The notes under the pieces were generated by a model that saw nothing but the letters and a program-made list of their open reading frames with translations, was not told where the DNA came from and did no database searches. Positions 27,899 to 34,193 of a stretch of DNA of 34,193 nucleotides are shown here, in pieces; position 1 is the stretch's first letter; every line of letters starts with the position of its first letter. This DNA is from an uncultured Oscillospiraceae bacterium (lineage in GTDB: Bacteria; Actinomycetota; Coriobacteriia; Coriobacteriales; Atopobiaceae). The stretch covers positions 1 to 34,193 of the forward strand of contig CAVEMP010000209.1 of NCBI GenBank assembly GCA_963616835.1, written 5' to 3'. The position numbers were made by a program, and so were the translations under genes.

Positions 27899-28912
<1,014 letters not shown>

Positions 28913-28935
28913 TTCCTGCGCATACCCGCGTCCCC

Positions 28936-28971
28936 GGAAGCCCTCTTCTCGCAAGAGGGCTTCCTCTTTTT
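28936..28971 (+). terminator. Intrinsic terminator after asd
   Basis: GGAAGCCCTCTT-ctcgc-AAGAGGGCTTCC followed by TCTTTTT. Confidence 0.88.
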
Positions 28972-29035
28972 ATGTCCTGGGCGCGATGTATCATGTTGAG
29001 CGTCTAAATCCAACCGTTAGTTAGGAGCAACACCT

Positions 29036-30508
29036 ATGGCGCTTCTCGCTTCGTATTACCTTCCGGGCCTCTATGTCGAGGACCACGCGATCGACGTCCC
29101 CCTTGATTGGCGCGGCACTACGCCGGCCCTTCTGGCTACGGGAGTCGATGCTGCCCCTTCGCGCCTTAGTGCCGAGTCGGCGGCGCTCGAGCCCAACCCT
29201 GTTTTTGCCGAGAAGGACATCCGCTTGTTCTATCGCACGCTGTGCCTGCCCCAGAACAAGGGTCGCGACCTGCCGGTTATTGTGTACCTGCAGGGAGGCC
29301 CCGGCGGCTGCGGCCCGCGCGTGCAGTCCGCCACCTCTGACGGTTGGATCGAGGAGGCGCTTAAACACTTCCAGGTCGTGCTGCCCGATCAGCGTGGCAC
29401 CGGCCGCTCCAACGCAGTGGATGGTCAGCGCATGGAGGCCGTGGCTGCCGAGGCGGCCGGCCTGGGGCTGGATCCCGCAAAGCTGCAGGCCGAGTATCTC
29501 AAACGTTTCTTGGCCGATTCGATCGTGCGCGACTTCGAGTACCTGCGCCTGAGCGAGTTCGGTGGCAAGAAGTGGGTCACCCTGGGCCAGAGCTACGGCG
29601 GTTTTCTCACCTTGTGCAATCTCTCGACCTTCCCGGCCGGTGTTGCGGCTTCCTTTACCTGCGGCGGCATCCCGCATGTCCCGGCCAGTGCCGCCGAGGT
29701 CTATGCCCACACCTTCCCCCGCATGGTCGCTAAAACCAAGGCCTGGTATGAGCGTTATCCAGAAGACGAGAAGCGCATGAGCTTGCTTGCCGATGTCGCA
29801 GCTGCGCGGGACATCAAGCTCCCCGACGGCAGCCCCTTGAGCGTTCGCCGCCTGCAGCTTTTGGGCGGCGGCCTGGGCATGAAGCCCGCGCCCGAGCGCC
29901 TGCACGTCCTTCTCGACACCGCCTTTGTCGAGGGCGACGGCACGGCCGAGGCTGCGTTGGCCGCAGCGGGCGGCGACCCCGCGCAGGTCAAGCTCTCGCT
30001 GGGCTTCCTCTATGACGTCATGAATAAGACGGCCACGCCCTCGAACCCGCTTTACTGGACCCTACAGGAGTTCATCTACGCCGACGGGCAGCTGGAGGCC
30101 CCCATCAACTGGGCGGCCCAGGCCCAGGCTGCATCGCGCCCTGAGTTTAGCGAGGACGCCCGCCCGCTCATGTGCTTTGGAGAGGCCATGTTCAAGTGGA
30201 TGTTTGAGGAAGACCCGGCGCTCAAGCCCTTCTCGGCCGCCATGGATGTCCTTATGGCAGACACGAGCTTTGGCGCCCTGTATGACACCGAGCAGCTTGC
30301 TGCAAACGAGGTGCCGTTGCAGGCAGCTGTTTACTTTGATGATCTATACGTTGACTCGGGTCTGCAGCTGGATACCTTAAGCCACGTTGGTTCTAGCCAC
30401 GCCTGGGTGACCAATGAGTTCGAGCACGACGGCCTGCACGGCAGCAAGGTCTTTGTCCATCTCTTTGAGGAGGCCTACAACCGCGGCGACCTTGAGGGCG
30501 TGCTGTAA
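29036..30508 (+). CDS. Prolyl aminopeptidase / proline iminopeptidase-like alpha/beta hydrolase (peptidase S33)
   Basis: DVPLDW, YLQGGPG, DQRGTGRS, nucleophile elbow GQSYGG, acid in YFDDLYVD, His in EFEHDGL; RBS AGGAG. Confidence 0.88.
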   Translation: MALLASYYLPGLYVEDHAIDVPLDWRGTTPALLATGVDAAPSRLSAESAALEPNPVFAEKDIRLFYRTLCLPQNKGRDLPVIVYLQGGPGGCGPRVQSATSDGWIEEALKHFQVVLPDQRGTGRSNAVDGQRMEAVAAEAAGLGLDPAKLQAEYLKRFLADSIVRDFEYLRLSEFGGKKWVTLGQSYGGFLTLCNLSTFPAGVAASFTCGGIPHVPASAAEVYAHTFPRMVAKTKAWYERYPEDEKRMSLLADVAAARDIKLPDGSPLSVRRLQLLGGGLGMKPAPERLHVLLDTAFVEGDGTAEAALAAAGGDPAQVKLSLGFLYDVMNKTATPSNPLYWTLQEFIYADGQLEAPINWAAQAQAASRPEFSEDARPLMCFGEAMFKWMFEEDPALKPFSAAMDVLMADTSFGALYDTEQLAANEVPLQAAVYFDDLYVDSGLQLDTLSHVGSSHAWVTNEFEHDGLHGSKVFVHLFEEAYNRGDLEGVL

Positions 30509-30565
30509 CGCCTGCGGTTTCAAGCTATAAGCCCAGCTCGCCAACGCCTACACGGAAGGACCCAC

Positions 30566-33500
30566 GTGCTCGTCGACCAGATCATAAAGAACCTCAAGGC
30601 CGAGGCGGCCCTTCCCAGCACGTTTCAAAAGGGGTCTAAGCTTCAGCGGGGCCTCTGTGTCTTGAGCCTTGACTTTCTCAACGGGTCCATAGGCTCGTGC
30701 CTGCACATTACCGGGCAGGTAGAGGGGTCATACGACAATCTCTACTCGACCAGCGTCGATTTGGATATTGGCACGGGAGAGATCGTCGACTACTCGTGCA
30801 CCTGCCCGGCCTTGGACAACTATCCGGGCATGTGCAAGCATGAGGTGGCTGTTGTCCTGGCATTTCTCGCTGCGTTTTTGGGGCAGGACGCCGGGGGCTC
30901 AACGTCGCCCAGCGGCACGCCGATGCCGCGCTACGAGAAGCCGTCCAGCTCGGCCATCGCCGAGCTGCTTCGCGACTCCGATGCCCGGCGCCTGGACCAG
31001 GCCGCGGGGTCAAGAAGACGGGGCGCCGCTGCGTCCGGTGAGCTTGCGTCCTTCTCGGTGGCGTTTGTGCGTCCTGCGCGCGCCGCGTCGGCGTCCCAGC
31101 TGGCGTTAAAGCTCACGGTTCACCAGGGCTCGGCAAAGTACATCGTAAAGAACGTGGGCCAGGTGGTGGATGCCTGGCGCTCCGGAGCCGTGTACAGCTA
31201 CGGCCCCAAGATTTCCTTGGCCCACATTCCAAGCAACTTCGACGAGGCCTCGGCCCGTCTGCTTGACCTTCTCGCCCGCGTGGTTGACACCCAAAAGGCG
31301 CTTTACCTCTCGCGCTGGGACTACGTAGACGGCGGCCGCGGCACCGACGTCAAGGAGCTGCCGCTGGGCCCCAACAACATCTGTGACATCCTGGATCTTA
31401 TGCAGGGCCAGACGGTCGAGATCGAGACGGGTGACTACGACTACTACCGCCGCTCGTCCTACAAAAAGCAGCGCCCCTATGTTGTTGGCGAGAAGACCGC
31501 AGCGGTTCCTTGCACAATTGTTGACTCGCCTGATGGCGGCTACGACATCGACCTGCCCGATGACCTGCACGTCTTTTGCGACGCAAGCCGCAGCTACGTT
31601 GTCTGCGCGGGCGAGGCCCTGCGGCAAGACGGGGAATTCTCGCGCTCCTTTGCCCCGCTTTTGCAGCGCCTTGCCGAGGCAGGGGAGAGCGGCCGGCATG
31701 TGAGCGCCGCAGACGCCCCCAATCTTTGCCGGTCACTGCTGCCTGCGTTGCGCGCCTGCACAGAGCTTGAGGTGGCGCCTTCGCTTGCCCAGATCCAGCC
31801 GCCCATTCCCGAGTTCTCGTTCTCGGTGGGCCTGGACGACGGGCTTGTGACCTGCGCTCCATTGGTTGCCTACGGCGATTGGAAGGATACCGTGGGCGTG
31901 CCGGAGGACGCGCGCACCCAGCCTGCCCGTGACATGGCGGCCGAGTACCACGTGCTCGACGTGCTTGAGGATTACTTCCCCTATACAAACGTTGGCTATG
32001 CCTTTGAAGAGGCCGACGAAGAGCTGCTCTTCTCGCTTCTTACCGACGGCCTGCAAGATCTTTCCCAGTTGGGCGAGGTCCTGCTGTCTGAGCGCCTGCG
32101 CTCGATCGATGTGCGGCCGGCGCCCAACCTAAGCGTTCGCGCGACGCTCAAGAGCGACCTTCTCAACCTCGAGCTGGGCGCCTCGGGCTTGACCGAGCGC
32201 GAGCTTCACGAGTACCTGGACGGCTTTAAGCGCAAGCAAAAATACGTGCGCCTCTCGTCCGGCGACATTGTGCGCATTGGCCGTAACCTCCAAGTGGCCG
32301 AGGAACTGAGCCAGGGCCTGGGCGTCGATGTCGACAAGCTCGTGGACTGCGCCGTAGGGCTCTCTAGCAGCCAGGCTCTTCTCGTCGATGCCCTGCTGCG
32401 CAAGGCCGACGGCGTGCGCTTCTCGCGAAACAACGAGTTTCGCCAGCTTGTGCGCGACCTCGAAACCTTCTCGGACGCAGACATCGATGTGCCGGCCGGC
32501 CTTTGCGCGGACCTTCGCGCCTACCAAGAGGACGGCTTCAGGTGGCTGGCTACCCTGGAGCGCTTTGGCTTTGGCGGTATCTTGGCAGACGACATGGGCC
32601 TGGGCAAGACGTTGCAGGTCATCGCGTTAATCCTGCATCAAAAAGAAGCAGCCGCCGCCGATGGGGATGCCACGGGTCCCACGCTGGTGGTTTGCCCTGC
32701 GTCTCTTGTCTACAACTGGATCAGCGAGATTAGCCGCTTTGCCCCTTCGCTCAATGCCGTCGCGGTCCTGGGCACCAAGACCCGCCGCGTGGCCCTTGTG
32801 GGCGCCGCGGCCGAGCACGATGTGCTGGTCACCTCGTATGATTTGCTGAGAAAAGACATCGAGACCTACACCCACGTGCGCTTTGTCCGCGTGGTCCTGG
32901 ACGAGGCCCAGTACGTCAAGAACCCCAAGGCACAGGTCACCAAGGCCGTGAAGTGCCTTAACGCCCGCGTGCGCTTTGCCTTGACCGGCACCCCCATCGA
33001 GAACCGCCTGCAGGAGCTTTGGAGCATCTTCGACTTCCTCATGCCCGGCTACCTGGGCAACCGCGATCAGTTTGCCAAGCGCTTCGAGAGCCCGGTTGAG
33101 GCGGGGGAGTTCGACTCGTCGCGTCTCTTGCGCTCGACGATTGGCCCGTTTGTCCTGCGACGCCTTAAGCGCGAGGTCCTGGCTGATCTTCCCGAGAAGA
33201 CCGAGAGCGTCGTCATGGCCCAGATGGAGGCCAAGCAAAAGAAGCTCTACTTGGCCACGCAGGACCGTCTTGCCCTGCAGGTCCAGCACGCGCAGGACCG
33301 CGACTTTAAGAAGGACAAGCTTAAAGTGTTGGCCGAGCTCACCAAGCTGCGCCAGATCTGCTGCGACCCCTCGCTTTACTTCGAGGACTACGACGGCGGC
33401 TCGGCCAAGCTCGACACCTGCATGGAGCTGGTATCCCAGGCCATGGACGCTGGTCACCGGGTTCTTCTCTTCTCGCAGTTCACGAGCATGCTGTCGATCA

Positions 33501-33913
33501 TCGCCGACCGCCTGGACAAAGAGAAGGTGAGCTACTTCACGCTTACGGGCTCTACCAGCAAAGAGGAACGCGAGCGCCTGGTCAAGCGTTTCCAAGCCGG
33601 CGAGAAGGACGTCTTCTTGATCTCGCTCAAGGCGGGCGGCGTGGGCCTTAACCTCACCGCGGCAGACGTCGTCATTCACTACGACCCGTGGTGGAACACC
33701 GCCGCCCAGGACCAGGCCACCGACCGCGTCTATCGCATTGGACAGCGCCGCGACGTGAGCGTCTTCAAGCTCATCGTCGAGGGCACCATCGAGGAGCGCA
33801 TCCTCAAGATGCAAGAGACCAAGCGCGACCTGGCCGATAACGTCTTGAGTGGAGAAGAGGTCAAAAGCGCCCTTCTCACCAAAGACGACCTACTTGGTCT
33901 CTTGGGCGCCTAA
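30566..33913 (+). CDS. SWIM zinc-finger SNF2-family ATPase (bacterial Snf2/SsoRad54-like)
   Basis: SWIM motif CTC-x9-CKH; LRAYQ, GILADDMGLGKT, VCPASL, LDEAQ, LTGTPIEN, LRRLK, LRQICC, FSQF, SLKAGGVGLNLT, DPWWN..QATDRVYRIGQ. Confidence 0.95.
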   Translation: MLVDQIIKNLKAEAALPSTFQKGSKLQRGLCVLSLDFLNGSIGSCLHITGQVEGSYDNLYSTSVDLDIGTGEIVDYSCTCPALDNYPGMCKHEVAVVLAFLAAFLGQDAGGSTSPSGTPMPRYEKPSSSAIAELLRDSDARRLDQAAGSRRRGAAASGELASFSVAFVRPARAASASQLALKLTVHQGSAKYIVKNVGQVVDAWRSGAVYSYGPKISLAHIPSNFDEASARLLDLLARVVDTQKALYLSRWDYVDGGRGTDVKELPLGPNNICDILDLMQGQTVEIETGDYDYYRRSSYKKQRPYVVGEKTAAVPCTIVDSPDGGYDIDLPDDLHVFCDASRSYVVCAGEALRQDGEFSRSFAPLLQRLAEAGESGRHVSAADAPNLCRSLLPALRACTELEVAPSLAQIQPPIPEFSFSVGLDDGLVTCAPLVAYGDWKDTVGVPEDARTQPARDMAAEYHVLDVLEDYFPYTNVGYAFEEADEELLFSLLTDGLQDLSQLGEVLLSERLRSIDVRPAPNLSVRATLKSDLLNLELGASGLTERELHEYLDGFKRKQKYVRLSSGDIVRIGRNLQVAEELSQGLGVDVDKLVDCAVGLSSSQALLVDALLRKADGVRFSRNNEFRQLVRDLETFSDADIDVPAGLCADLRAYQEDGFRWLATLERFGFGGILADDMGLGKTLQVIALILHQKEAAAADGDATGPTLVVCPASLVYNWISEISRFAPSLNAVAVLGTKTRRVALVGAAAEHDVLVTSYDLLRKDIETYTHVRFVRVVLDEAQYVKNPKAQVTKAVKCLNARVRFALTGTPIENRLQELWSIFDFLMPGYLGNRDQFAKRFESPVEAGEFDSSRLLRSTIGPFVLRRLKREVLADLPEKTESVVMAQMEAKQKKLYLATQDRLALQVQHAQDRDFKKDKLKVLAELTKLRQICCDPSLYFEDYDGGSAKLDTCMELVSQAMDAGHRVLLFSQFTSMLSIIADRLDKEKVSYFTLTGSTSKEERERLVKRFQAGEKDVFLISLKAGGVGLNLTAADVVIHYDPWWNTAAQDQATDRVYRIGQRRDVSVFKLIVEGTIEERILKMQETKRDLADNVLSGEEVKSALLTKDDLLGLLGA

Positions 33914-33987
33914 CTGGGCTTTCTTTGCTCAGGACGGGTTTGATTGGAGGCGAGAGACAAAAATTTTGATTTTTGCCAAAAAAGTTC

Positions 33988-34016
33988 TTGCAACTTTTCG
34001 CTCGTCTTTGCATAAT
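33988..34016 (+). promoter_or_regulatory. Sigma70-type promoter for the tRNA cluster
   Basis: TTGCAA (33988-33993), 17-nt spacer, CATAAT (34011-34016), with upstream A/T tracts resembling an UP element. Confidence 0.75.
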
Positions 34017-34048
34017 AGACAAGCTGCCTGACAGGGAAGCCAAAAATG

Positions 34049-34124
34049 GTGGGTGTAGCTCAGTTGGTAGAGCGACGGACCGTGGCTCCGTAGGTCGAGG
34101 GTTCGAGACCCTTCACCCACCCCA
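34049..34124 (+). tRNA. tRNA-His (GUG)
   Basis: Acceptor GTGGGTG/CACCCAC, D-arm GCTC/GAGC, anticodon stem ACGGA/TCCGT with loop CCGTGGC, T-loop TTCGAGA, C73 plus encoded CCA; encoded G(-1) at 34048, the tRNA-His identity element. Confidence 0.96.
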
Positions 34125-34139
34125 TTTACAATTGGATAT

Positions 34140-34193
34140 GGATCGTTAGCTCAGCTGGTAGAGCAGGGGACTCTTAATCCCAAGGTCCAGGGT
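34140..34193 (+). tRNA. tRNA-Lys (CUU), truncated by the window end
   Basis: GGATCGT-TA-GCTC-AGCTGGTA-GAGC-A-GGGGA-CTCTTAA-TCCCA-AGGTC-CAGGG-T; anticodon CTT. Confidence 0.92.

Noticed and set aside
30566..33913. SNF2 ATPase as part of an anti-phage system or tRNA-integrated island
   Set aside because: No methylase, nuclease, integrase or att-like tRNA fragment nearby; codon usage is host-like and the architecture is the common stand-alone SWIM-SNF2 type.
34165..34182. Apparent G27-A43 mismatch at the top of the tRNA-Lys anticodon stem
   Set aside because: Mismatches at 27-43 occur in functional tRNAs, and the gene is truncated by the window, so pseudogene status cannot be argued.

Overview
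GC-rich bacterial chromosomal window. Gene style and content suggest Coriobacteriia (Olsenella/Atopobiaceae-like), which is an inference. From left to right: an uncharacterised membrane-anchored protein coupled to a VanZ-family gene; a complete branched-chain amino acid ABC operon (livK/J-H-M-G-F) ending in a strong terminator; and a ~15.3 kb gene for a ~5,090 aa cell-surface protein. Next come a complete aspartate-to-threonine cluster (thrC-thrB divergent from hom-aspartokinase-asd), a prolyl aminopeptidase-like hydrolase, a SWIM-SNF2 ATPase, and the start of a tRNA cluster (tRNA-His, partial tRNA-Lys). The giant protein is the most unusual element. It has a signal peptide, six tandem His/Cys-capped beta-helix modules that differ by whole ~25-aa rungs (4,2,1,5,3,2), a YDG/MBG/Ig-like stalk with a 191-bp exact internal duplication, a Cys/His-rich C-terminal region and an SPETG sortase-like anchor. 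Its codon usage is visibly mosaic, and it is followed by an AT-rich ~85-bp palindromic element. The tRNA-His has C at the near-invariant U33 position.
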